A DNA stretch of 64,000 nt from an uncultured Phycisphaerales bacterium (GTDB lineage: Bacteria > Planctomycetota > Phycisphaerae > Tepidisphaerales > Tepidisphaeraceae), in the NCBI GenBank assembly GCA_963844715.1, contig CAWJPJ010000006.1, positions 672,001-736,000 on the forward strand, given 5' to 3'. This document shows positions 33,111 through 43,005 of the stretch, one piece after another. Both the position numbers and the translations under genes were made by a program. How positions within the stretch are numbered: the stretch's first letter is position 1; the number at the start of each line of letters is the position of its first letter. The notes beneath the pieces are model-generated. The model had not been told where the DNA came from, did no database searches, and saw only the letters and a list, made by a program, of their open reading frames with translations.

Positions 33111-33186
33111 GGTGAGGGATTCAAGGCCGCTCTGCCCGACACGGACAGGTACGCTATTCTTTGCGTTCGGCGTGACTTACATTATA

Positions 33187-33259
<73 letters not shown>

Positions 33260-33306
33260 GGATGGAACGGATGACGACATTATTCGCCGTCTGGAAGTTG
33301 TCAAGG

Positions 33307-35220
33307 TTACTGAGGCGGCCCGGATCCGTTGACCGCGGCTAGTTGGAAATTCATGCGATGCGCGGCTGCGTCTTTCGTGCAAAGCTGGGCAATCATCTGG
33401 AGCTGGGCGTCGCGAAGAGCCAGGCGGTAGGCGCCCAGGTCGGCGAGGCTCGGCATGCTGGCTGTCCACATGGGGGTGGCCTGCTGGAGATGGATGGCCG
33501 CGACGATCGCGTTGGGCCAGAGTTCGGCGACATCGACGGGGCGGCCATCGGCGCCGGGGACTGCGGAGACGAGTTGCTGGCTGTCTTTGGCCAAAAGATA
33601 AATCGACTGCGGCGTGAGCCTCAGCGGCGGAATGCCGCCGTTTTGCATCGGGTGGGCGACGATCTCGGCCGGACGGAATAGATCGGTGGTGATGACGGGC
33701 ATGCCGGACGTGACCGTAGCCCATGGGTGCTTTTGGGCGTCGGCGACCAGATTCTTGGCGGCGTCGGAAGCCAGCTTAAAGGCGGCCGAGAGTTTGCAGT
33801 CGTTGATGACCGTGTCGCGCACCTCGGCCAAGGGGGGAGTGTGCGATGGATCGACTTGGGTGATGCGGAAAATATAGGAGTCGCCGCCGGCGGACCGGAA
33901 CGCTTCGGAAGGCTGCCACAATTGCAGGCCGCCCTGATTCGGATCAACAACCGCGTACTGCGCAAACATGACGGTCTGGTTGGTCATCGAATTGGCGCTG
34001 GTCAGGCCGATCTCGGGCATCTGCACCAGCTCGCGCGTGCCTTTGAACTGGTCGCTCGATCCGACGACGGGGAGCACGCCGTTTTCTTTTTGGATTGTCT
34101 GCGCCAGGTCCTGGATGAAACTCATATCGATGTACGCGTTGACAGAGGGGGCGCTGGCGGCGCCGGCGTTTTGGGCATCGTGCCAGGCGGCATAGCCGGC
34201 CGTCAGGGCGTCGGAAATCTGATGGAGGAGCTTCTGGTGAAGATCGTCGGCAGCCTGCTGGTAGAGGTGATCGAGAACAATCTGCACGTGGAGAGCGAAA
34301 TCCTGGTCTAGGTCGTCGGCATGCTGCGCCGAGGGAGCCGTGGTTGTTCCGGGACGCGTGGTGGGTGTGGCGATGGGCTGGGCGTCGTAGACGTCGCGGT
34401 TTGCCTTGTAATCCTGGTAGGCGGCAATGTACCAATCCTGCAGGCTCTTGCCGGCCTTGGCGGCGTTATAGACATCCGCGGCCTTGAGACCGATGTACTG
34501 GATCTTGACCCGATTCGGATATTTGTATCCGAAACCCATGGGGTCATCGGCCGCACCGAAGGTCTGCTCGCCGCTGACTCGATCGCTGAAAGAATCAAAC
34601 TGATTCTTGATGTCCATTTCGCTGGGGGTCGGGACCTGCGACGAGTAGTGATCGGCGCTAAAGGTCACGATATCCAGCGCCACGGACTGACCATCCTGAG
34701 CCTTCCAAAGATCGCGGACCGGCTGGTTGATTTTGATCATCTGAAGATCGCTGTTCAGAAGATCCCTGACCAGGACGAAGTGGCTGACGCATTGGGCGAT
34801 CGCCGCGCGTTCATCGGTGTCCTCGGGCGGGATGTCCTGAATGTTATTGGCAAGCAAGGATTCGACTTCATCCCGATTGGGCAACAGGCCGCGCTGGTAG
34901 GCTTCCTGGGCGAGCAGGTAAAAGGTTTCAGGATCCTTACTGATGATCTCGGCGGCCCCCCCGGGGAGGAGCTGGACAAACGGATTGTTGGTATCCGGAT
35001 TGTTGGGATCGATGTAATGGAGTTCCCTAAGGGTCTGCCACTCATTGCGAAAATCCTGAAGATCGCTGGAAAGGACGGGTTTGCCGTTGATGGTGGCGAC
35101 CTGTCGCGCGCTCGTCGAGCGCATCTGACTGGGAACGAGGCCGTAGAGGAAGGAGATCATGCCAAATACGCAGAATAGGGCCATGATCCTTTTTTGGTTC
35201 TTACTGATCCATTTAAGCAT
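33307..35220 (-). CDS. SurA N-terminal/PpiD-like periplasmic chaperone
   Basis: N-terminal membrane anchor, VATINGKPV, PSEMDIKNQF, RVKIQYI, PPLAEVRDTV. Confidence 0.6.
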   Translation of the reverse strand: MLKWISKNQKRIMALFCVFGMISFLYGLVPSQMRSTSARQVATINGKPVLSSDLQDFRNEWQTLRELHYIDPNNPDTNNPFVQLLPGGAAEIISKDPETFYLLAQEAYQRGLLPNRDEVESLLANNIQDIPPEDTDERAAIAQCVSHFVLVRDLLNSDLQMIKINQPVRDLWKAQDGQSVALDIVTFSADHYSSQVPTPSEMDIKNQFDSFSDRVSGEQTFGAADDPMGFGYKYPNRVKIQYIGLKAADVYNAAKAGKSLQDWYIAAYQDYKANRDVYDAQPIATPTTRPGTTTAPSAQHADDLDQDFALHVQIVLDHLYQQAADDLHQKLLHQISDALTAGYAAWHDAQNAGAASAPSVNAYIDMSFIQDLAQTIQKENGVLPVVGSSDQFKGTRELVQMPEIGLTSANSMTNQTVMFAQYAVVDPNQGGLQLWQPSEAFRSAGGDSYIFRITQVDPSHTPPLAEVRDTVINDCKLSAAFKLASDAAKNLVADAQKHPWATVTSGMPVITTDLFRPAEIVAHPMQNGGIPPLRLTPQSIYLLAKDSQQLVSAVPGADGRPVDVAELWPNAIVAAIHLQQATPMWTASMPSLADLGAYRLALRDAQLQMIAQLCTKDAAAHRMNFQLAAVNGSGPPQ

Positions 35221-35247
35221 TGCGCGGAGCCCTTGTTGGTTATTGCT

Positions 35248-35329
35248 TGCAGGAGAGGGGAGTCGAACCCCTACACCTTGCGGTACAGGATCCTAAGTCC
35301 TGCGCGTCTGCCAATTCCGCCACTCCTGC
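35248..35329 (-). tRNA. tRNA-Leu (TAG)
   Basis: GCAGGAG/CTCCTGC acceptor, CAGGA-CTTAGGA-TCCTG anticodon arm, long variable arm, GGTTCGACTCC. Confidence 0.96.
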
Positions 35330-35397
35330 TCGCCAAGTGATTAAATCCGGTCGAGGACTCGGGGTCAAATGGGGGGGGAAAAGTTGCTAGTTGCTAG

Positions 35398-36282
35398 GGC
35401 CTGTCTGATGAATCCAAAATCCTGAAATAGCGACGGATCATGGCGAGCTTGGCCATGGCCTGAAAGTTCACCGCCAGTTTCTCGTAACGCGTGCCCAGGC
35501 GGCGATTCTCCTTCATCCAATTCACGCAACGCTCCACCACGTTCCGTCGGCGATACGCCTTGCGATCAAAGTTCTCCTGCGGCGGCTGATTCGATTTCGC
35601 CGGGATCACCGCTTGGATTCGGTGGCGACGCAGCCATCGCCGCACATTTCCGTAACTGTATCCCTTGTCGCCCGCCAGCCTCCTGGGGCGACGACGGCGG
35701 CGACCGATGCGCATCGCGTTCATCACCGGCTCCACGTACCGGCTCTCGTGGCATTGGCCGGCGCTGGCCTCGACGGCGAGCGGAACTCCCTGGCCGTCAG
35801 TAACCAGGTGGAGCTTGCTGCCCCACCCGCCTCGGCTGCGGCCCAACGCGTAATCCGCCGGTTCTTCCGGGGCGGTTTTGATTTTCTGGCTCCGGCGGCG
35901 GATCGACTGGCTCGCACATTGGTGCCGTCGATGCACCACAGGTCCCAGTCGATTCGTCCTTGCTTGTCCAACCTCATCTGCAGCCGCTGGAGGATTCGAT
36001 CAATCGTTCCGTCCTTTCTCCAGCGGTTGAAGCGGTCGTAGACGCTTTGCCATCTGCCGTAACGTTCGGGCATCTCGCGCCATTGAGCGCCCGAGTGCAG
36101 AATCCAGAACATGCCGTTGAGCGTGGTGCGGTGGTCGTTCCACTGCCCGCCGCGCTTGCCGTTGCCGGGCAGCAGATCGCCGATCAACTCGTACTGCTCA
36201 TCCGTGAGCTCATAACGTCGCATCCGTGACACCTCGTCTGAAAACCGCTATTTATAACCAAAAGCGATTCATCAGACAGGCC
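35398..36282 (-). mobile_element. IS5 family (IS427/IS1031-like) element, copy 1, 885 bp, two-ORF transposase
   Basis: 17 bp IRs GGCCTGTCTGATGAATC; CTAG on both sides; ORFs 35723-36232 and 35394-35939 (IDGT, LGRSRGG, GDKGY, RNVVERC). Confidence 0.95.
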
Positions 36283-36350
36283 CTAGTTGTTAGTTGCTAG
36301 TGGGGGCGCTCGGGTGGCTTGTGAAGGGCTTGGACTTCTATAATCCGACT

Positions 36351-37055
36351 ATGCGCGGTCGATATACGCTTCGGCGGCCGGATTTGTTGCGCGCGGGGCT
36401 GCGGGCGCAGCCGACGTTTGGGTTTGAGGAATTCACTGAACGACCGCGGTTTAAGGCTGCGCCGACGCAGAAACTGCCGATTGTTCGGATTTCGGGGCGG
36501 GGAGAGCCGGAACTGGTGGCGGCGAGTTGGGGGTTCATTCCCCAATGGGTGAAGGAGAAGCCGAAGCTGCGGCCGATCAACGCTTGATCGGAGACGGTTC
36601 GAACCAGCCCGATGTTTCGGGAGGCGTATCGGCAAAGGCGGTGCTTTGTCCCGGCGGATGGGTTTTACGAGTGGGAGGCGGTCAAGGGGTCGAAGCAGCC
36701 CTACTTCGTCCATATGAAGGACGACGGGATATTCACGATGGCGGGTGTTTGGGAGGAGTGGCAGCCGCCGGAGGGGCCGGCGGTCGAGACGTTCACGATT
36801 CTGACGACGCGGCCGAATGAACTTTTGGCGCCGATTCACGATCGCATGCCGGTGGTCGTCGATGAGAAGGATCGCGGAGATTGGCGGGCGGGGAAGGACG
36901 CCAAGAAAATTTTGCGCCCGTTCGACGCCTCTCGGATGGACGCGTATCCGATCTCTTCGAGAATCAACAGTCCGAGAAACGACGACGCCAGGTTGATCGA
37001 GCGAACGCCGGGGGGAACTCGGAAAAAGAGCCCGGAACAGGGTTCGCTATTTTGA
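36351..37055 (+). pseudogene. SOS response-associated peptidase (SRAP/YedK/HMCES family), inactivated
   Basis: MRGRY instead of MCGRY; INA*SET in-frame TGA at 36585-36587; RCFVPADGFYEW and IHDRMPV follow in the same frame. Confidence 0.85.
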
Positions 37056-37137
37056 CAAGGTGCTCATCCGGGCTTAACTTCCCGCCCAGGCGACTTTTTT
37101 GTGGATATACGCCGACTTTAAGGGTCAGTAGGGAAGG

Positions 37138-39628
37138 ATGACGAGCCAGCGTCGCGCAAGCATGCCACAATCGGCCCAAAGGTGCTCGCCATGGATTCGG
37201 CTTGCGGGGCTGAGCTTTCTGGCAATTCTTATATTGTATACGTCGGTTGGGTTCGGGCAGGAAGCCGCGCCGCAGGAGGCTCCGCCGCCTCCCCCCACCA
37301 CCGCACCCGCGCCCCCTGCCCTGACGAGTCTGGACGCAGCCGCCGACCTGGCCGGAAGGACCGTGGAAGCCGTTCGCATCGAGGGGAACACGCGGGTAGC
37401 GACTGCGGTTATTCGGGAACTCGTCCGCACGCGCGAGGGGGAAAAGTTCGATCCGAACACGGTGGTCGAGGATTACCAGCGCATTTTCGAGCGGATGCGT
37501 TCCTTCGCCAACGTGCAGGCGCGGGTTCAGCCTACGGAAAAAGGGGTCATCGTCATCTTCATTGTGACCGAGCAGAAGCAAATCGCTGAGATACGCTACG
37601 TGGGCAATAAAGACATCTCCACGGAGGACATGCGGAAAGTCGTCGATCTGCGAAAAGGGCAGGCGATCGAAATGTTCCGCATCACCATGGCGCGACAGGC
37701 GATCGAAAAGCTCTATCGGGACAAGTGCTATCCCTTCGCCCATGTGACGGTTTCCCAGGATGAGCTGACCAGCACCGGAGACGTGGTCTTCCATATCGTC
37801 GAAGGGCCGCAGGTTCGAATTCGCAAAGTCGATTTCATCGGGGTCAACGCCTTCACCGTTTGGCGGCTGAAAGACCAGATCAAGACGGGCTATTACATTT
37901 TCATCTTTCGAAACGGCGCGTTCGATCCGGAGCAGGTGGATCAGGATGTGATTTCGCTTGAAACGTATTACCACAACAAGGGATTTTTCGATGCCCGAGT
38001 GGGGCGGAAGCTGTCGATGTCGCCGGACATGAAGGAAATGCAGGTGACGTTCCTCGTGGATGAAGGGATGCGCTACACGGTGAACAGCGTCGAGTTCCGG
38101 GGAATCCGCTCGGTGACGGAAGGGGCACTGCGCAAACAAATGAAGATGCTGGAAGGGGTTCCGTTCGACCAGGATGGCGTCGATGCGGACCGGCGGGCGA
38201 TCGTGCGCGTTTACAGCACGGCGGGCGGATTCATCTACGAGGATCTGCCGGGACTGCCGCCGAATCCGGACTATCTTCAGATCAACGTGAAGCAGAAATT
38301 CCTTTCCGAGCCGGGAAAGGTCGATCTGATTTATGAAATCAGCGAAGGGAAGCAGTTCCGCCTCGGGCGACATCCTGGTGAAAGGGAATACGCGGACGCA
38401 GGACAAGGTGATCCTGCGCGAGATGCACCTGCGGCCGGGGCAGGTTTACAATTCCGCCGAAGTCGAGGACGCGACGGATCGGCTGCGGGGGACGCCTTAT
38501 TTCAGCGCCGTTACGGTCACGACGATCGGCGACGATCCGGGCGTGCGCGATCTTCTGATTGACGTTGAGGAAGCGCATACGGCGCAAATCTCGGCGGGAA
38601 TCGGCGTCAACAGCAACGGCGGATTCGGCGGGCAGCTTTCCTACGAGCAAAAGAATTTTGACATCGCCAATCCCCCGGCTTCATGGAGCGACATTTTCAG
38701 CGACCGGGCCTGGACCGGGGCGGGGCAGGACTTCATCGCCAGCTTCTCGCCGGGCACGGAGGGGACCGATGCGCGCGTGGGAATCACCGAGCCGTATCTA
38801 TTCGATCAGCCTTACAGTCTTTCGGTGCAGGGGTATTTGGAGGACCGCATTCGCGAGAGCTATAACGACAATCGGCTTGGCTCTACGTACACGGTCGGGC
38901 AACAATTCAACTACATCTATTCCGGGCAGGTCACCCTTCGGTTCGAGAACATTCACATTACCGAGGTTGTCGATCCCACGCCGCAGTATCGGTCGCTGCA
39001 AATTCTGGATGGGCAGGGGTATCACCTGCTGACGAGTTGGGGGGTCCTGGTTCGGCGCGACACCACGAACCATGGTCCGATTACCTATGAAGGAACGGAC
39101 ACGGAAATGAGTTTCGAGAAGGGAGACTTTGTCGGCGGCGACGTCGACTTCAGCCGGGTGATCTTCAGCTTTAACGATTATGTGCCGGTGTCCGAGGATT
39201 TGCTTGGGCGCAAGGTGGTGCTGAATAGCCGCGTCGATGAGGGTTGGGACCCGCAAGATCCCCCGTTTTACGAACGATTCTACGGCGGGGGATTTGGAAC
39301 AGTGCGCGGGTTTGCGTTTCGCGGGATCAGCCCCAGGGATGGTCCGAGCGAAGATCCGATCGGCGGCGCCTATACCCTTACCGGTACCGAAGAACTCGGA
39401 TTCCCGCTGGCGGAAGACTTTCTGCGCGGCGATGTATTCGTGGACTACGGGGATGTGGAGCCGCAGGTCCACATCGGCGTTATGCGAACGGCAGTGGGTT
39501 TTGGGTTCCGGTTGATCCTGCCGTTCTTCGGTTCAACGCCGCTGGCTCTGGACTTCGGCTTCCCAATCACTAAGAATTCGCAGGATAATACACAGGTGGT
39601 AAGCTTCTCGTTCGGCATTTCCCGTTGA
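37138..39628 (+). CDS. bamA: Outer membrane protein assembly factor BamA (frameshift near 38365)
   Basis: POTRA repeats, GNTRTQDKVILRE, FYGGG...VRGF, terminal FSFG; followed by skp and lpxD. Confidence 0.93.
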
Positions 39629-39691
39629 CGGCGTGCGTCAAAAGGGGCATCAGCCGCTTCCGTTAGGCTTTATCGAAAGGACCCGAGCATC

Positions 39692-40294
39692 ATGAAGACC
39701 CATTGGACCGCCATGGTCGTGACCCTTTTTGCGGCGACCCTGTTTGTCGCCCAGTCGCCCGCCCGCGCCGACGACGCGCCCCTCAAGATCGCCATCTGCA
39801 ACCCGCTGAAGGTCGCGACGCAGCTTCAGGAATACAAGGACATGGTCGAAAAGGTCAAATCCGACCAGGCGTCGTTGGAATCGCAACTCGATCAGCGCAA
39901 GGAAAAGATCAAGTCGATGGAAGATGAACTCAAGCTTCTGCTTCCCGATTCGCCCGAGTATTCAGAAAAGAATAACGCGCTGATCCAATACCAGATCGAA
40001 ACGGAAGTCTGGACCAAGATGCAGCAGATCGACCAGACGCGCAAGCAGAAGACGAACACCAAGGCGCTGTTCGACAAGATCGAGGCGGCCGTCGCGCAGA
40101 TCGCCAAGGACCGGGGAATCACGCTGGTGATTTCGGACCATGGCGCGGACATTCCGGACAATCTCGATCAGATTACGCCGGACCAGCTGAACAGCCTGCT
40201 CATCGAGCGGACGATCCTTTTCGAGGATTCCAAACTGGATATCACGCAGGACGTCGTGATCGCGCTTGACAAGGCGTATACAGCGAGCCACTGA
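39692..40294 (+). CDS. skp: OmpH/Skp periplasmic chaperone
   Basis: Signal peptide, coiled coil, IAKDRGITLVI, DITQDVV; synteny with bamA and lpxD. Confidence 0.88.
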   Translation: MKTHWTAMVVTLFAATLFVAQSPARADDAPLKIAICNPLKVATQLQEYKDMVEKVKSDQASLESQLDQRKEKIKSMEDELKLLLPDSPEYSEKNNALIQYQIETEVWTKMQQIDQTRKQKTNTKALFDKIEAAVAQIAKDRGITLVISDHGADIPDNLDQITPDQLNSLLIERTILFEDSKLDITQDVVIALDKAYTASH

Positions 40295-40320
40295 TCGCGT
40301 TAGTCTCAATCTTGATCTCG

Positions 40321-40350
40321 CGCCGCACGTGATGCTGCGGCGGGTTTTTT
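40321..40350 (+). terminator. Intrinsic terminator-like hairpin between skp and lpxD
   Basis: CGCCGCA-8 nt-TGCGGCG followed by GGTTTTTT. Confidence 0.5.
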
Positions 40351-40361
40351 CGTCGCAAGCA

Positions 40362-41417
40362 ATGCCGAAATCCATCCCCCTTTCGAAAATCTCGGCCCTG
40401 GTGGGCGCGGCAGCGCCGGCGGGGAAGGAATCACTGGCGATCACGGGCGTGGCGACGCTCACCGACGCCACGCCGAACGACCTTTCGTTTCTCGGCTCGG
40501 ACGCCTTTGTGAAGGATTTTGTGGGGACGCGCGCCGGGGTGGTTCTGGTCCAGAAAAAAGTGAAGCTGAAGAGCGAATCGCACACGATCGTGCTGCGGGT
40601 GGAGGATGCGGATCTGGCGATGGCCAAAGTGCTGGAACAACTGGCGGAGCCGATTCCGCGCCCCGCCGCCGGAGCGGACGCCAGTGCGCGGGTCGATCCG
40701 ACGGCGCAGCTTGACGAGGGAGCCGCGGTCGGGCCGTTTTGCTTCGTCGGCGCCCGCTCAAAGATCGGGGCGGGGTCCATCCTGCACGCCCACGTCTTTG
40801 TTGGGCCGGATGTCTCGATCGGGCAAAACTGCGAAATCTTTCCAAACGTGACCATCCGCGAGCGCATCACCATCGGGGATCGCGTCATCATCAATGCGGG
40901 ATCGGTGCTCGGAACCGACGGGTTCGGCTACCGCTGGGACGGTTCGAAGCACGCCAAAATTCCTCAGATCGGCACCGTGATTATTGAGGACGATGTTGAG
41001 ATCGGATCATGCGTTTGCGTCGATCGGGCTAAATTCTCGGTGACACGGGTGGGACGGGGAACAAAAATCGACAATCTTGTGCAGATCGCTCACAACTGCG
41101 TCATCGGACCTCACTGTGTGATCGTCGGGCAGGTCGGGCTGGCGGGAAGCGCAACCCTGGGGGCGGGGGTCGTTCTGGGCGGGCAGGTGGCGGTTCGGGA
41201 TCACGTGACCATTGGGGATCGGGCAATGGTGGCGGCTTGCGCGGCCGTGGCGGAAGATATCCCGCCGGGGGCGGTTGTGAGCGGGGTTCCGGCGTTGCCC
41301 CATCGCCAAACCTTGCGCGAACAGGCGGCAATTCGGCGGCTACCGGACCTGATCGTGCATGCCCGAAAATTACAGGAACAGGTTGACGAATTGTTAAAAC
41401 GCCAGTCAACCCCCTGA
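40362..41417 (+). CDS. lpxD: UDP-3-O-acylglucosamine N-acyltransferase
   Basis: Hexapeptide repeats, GTDGFGY, KIPQIG, TKIDNLVQIAHN. Confidence 0.95.
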   Translation: MPKSIPLSKISALVGAAAPAGKESLAITGVATLTDATPNDLSFLGSDAFVKDFVGTRAGVVLVQKKVKLKSESHTIVLRVEDADLAMAKVLEQLAEPIPRPAAGADASARVDPTAQLDEGAAVGPFCFVGARSKIGAGSILHAHVFVGPDVSIGQNCEIFPNVTIRERITIGDRVIINAGSVLGTDGFGYRWDGSKHAKIPQIGTVIIEDDVEIGSCVCVDRAKFSVTRVGRGTKIDNLVQIAHNCVIGPHCVIVGQVGLAGSATLGAGVVLGGQVAVRDHVTIGDRAMVAACAAVAEDIPPGAVVSGVPALPHRQTLREQAAIRRLPDLIVHARKLQEQVDELLKRQSTP

Positions 41418-41729
41418 AAATTGCAAATTTTCATATCGCTAAATAAATGGGGTATCGGGTACCCTTCACATCCGGCCGGCTTCAACGTCCGTAATGGTGG
41501 TTGACGCCGGCGTCGTACGCCGGCCAACCCGGAAAGGAGGCAACCCGACAAACAACCGCAGATATTTGGAATCGGCGTACACCTTTTCAGATGAATAATT
41601 AGTGGGCGGGCGAAGCTCGCCGTGGGAAGGTCAATGCGGTCACAGACCGCCGCGCCGGCACGGGGAGGAAGAAATCGTTCAGGAAGCCCCAATCTTATTC
41701 ACCAGGACCACAAGTCGAAAGGAAAAGTC

Positions 41730-42050
41730 ATGAAGCGCACAACCAAGATTCTCGGATCGACCACCGGCCTTCTCGCCGCCGCGGCATTCGCGGGATTGAT
41801 CAGCGGCTCGGCCACGCGCGCCGCCGCCAGCACAACCGGCGTCAAGGCGAGCACGGCCCAGATGACCATCGCCGCGAAAGTGGGCGCCAAGGCCCGCTCG
41901 CTCGACGATTCGTCCAAGCACGACTGCTCCGGCCAGAATTCCTGCAAGGGCCAGGGCGGGTGCAAGAGCAGCGACAACGGCTGCAAAGGCAAGAATTCCT
42001 GCAAGGGCAAGGGCGGCTGCAACACCAGCGGTGGCGGCGGCTCCCTCTAA
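41730..42050 (+). CDS. Secreted Cys-rich RiPP precursor (bufferin-like MNIO substrate), 106 aa
   Basis: Sec signal peptide, then 2 x C-x-G-[QK]-N-S-C-K-G-[QK]-G-G-C; directly upstream of a DUF692 gene. Confidence 0.8.
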   Translation: MKRTTKILGSTTGLLAAAAFAGLISGSATRAAASTTGVKASTAQMTIAAKVGAKARSLDDSSKHDCSGQNSCKGQGGCKSSDNGCKGKNSCKGKGGCNTSGGGGSL

Positions 42051-42075
42051 TTCAGTTTCTTTGCCTATAGTACTC

Positions 42076-42111
42076 GGGAAACCCGCCCTTGACCGGTCGG
42101 GTTTCTCTTTT
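42076..42111 (+). terminator. Hairpin plus T-tract between precursor and MNIO genes
   Basis: GGGAAACCCG...CGGGTTTCTC followed by TTTT. Confidence 0.6.
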
Positions 42112-42129
42112 AATTCCGCTGGAGGTTTT

Positions 42130-43005
42130 ATGCCGGCCAACCGATTCAACGCCAACACCCAATTGGGCATCGGGATCGGGTTGCGCATCCCCCACTACGA
42201 TCACATTCTTAAAAACAAGCCGACCGTCGATTGGTTTGAGATCATTTCCGAGAATTACATGTGCGACGGCGGCCGGCCGCTGGCGATCTTGGATCAGATT
42301 CTTGAGCAGTATCAGGTTATCCAGCACGGCGTTTCGCTTTACTTCGGCTCGACCGATCGAATGGATCGGGAGCAGCTCAAACGGCTGAGAACTCTGGTCA
42401 AGCGGACCAAGACGCCCTTCCTCTCGGATCACCTCTGCTGGGGGAGTGTGGATGGGACGTACACGCACGATTTGCTCCCAATGCCCTACACCTTCGCGGC
42501 AGCGAAGAACACGGCCCGGCGCGTGCGCGACGTGCAGGATTTTCTCGAAGTGCCGATCATTGTCGAGAACGTGTCGAGCTACGCGGAGTTTCATGCTTCG
42601 GAAATGACCGAGTGGGAATTCCTCAGCGAAGTGGTCGAGCAGGCCGACTGCGGGATATTGCTGGACGTGAACAACATTTACGTGTCGAGCAAGAATCACA
42701 ATTTCGATCCATACGATTATCTGAACAACGTCCCCCACCATCGGGTCGGGCAGATGCACATCGCGGGACACAGCAAATACGAGAAATACATTCTGGATAC
42801 GCACGACCATCCGGTGCTCGACCCGGTTTGGAAAATGTACGCTCACGCGATCCGCAAATGCGGGCCGACGTCCACGCTCCTGGAGTGGGATGCGCACATC
42901 CCGTCCTTCGAGGAGGTGCACAAGGAAGCGCTGAAGGCAAAGAAATTCCTGGACGCGGTTCAGAAAGCGCCCGACGACAAGGCCCTGGCCGCCGCGACCG
43001 CATGA
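42130..43005 (+). CDS. Multinuclear non-heme iron oxidative enzyme (MNIO, DUF692)
   Basis: GIGLR, FEIISENY, HGVSL, SDHLCW, ENVSSY, LLDVNNIYV, HIAGH, DTHD, EWD; GGAGG RBS. Confidence 0.95.
   Translation: MPANRFNANTQLGIGIGLRIPHYDHILKNKPTVDWFEIISENYMCDGGRPLAILDQILEQYQVIQHGVSLYFGSTDRMDREQLKRLRTLVKRTKTPFLSDHLCWGSVDGTYTHDLLPMPYTFAAAKNTARRVRDVQDFLEVPIIVENVSSYAEFHASEMTEWEFLSEVVEQADCGILLDVNNIYVSSKNHNFDPYDYLNNVPHHRVGQMHIAGHSKYEKYILDTHDHPVLDPVWKMYAHAIRKCGPTSTLLEWDAHIPSFEEVHKEALKAKKFLDAVQKAPDDKALAAATA

Larger units (their letters stand above)
24543..33186. mobile_element. tRNA-Lys-linked genomic island / collapsed ICE remnant
   Basis: Integrase next to the tRNA 3' end, distal tRNA fragment, traG/trbB, recombinase and partition remnants, visibly more AT-rich than the flanks. 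Confidence 0.85.

Noticed and set aside
36585..36587. TGA in SRAP as selenocysteine or alternative genetic code
   Set aside because: The position is a conserved Arg, not Cys or Trp; TGA is used as a normal stop throughout the window
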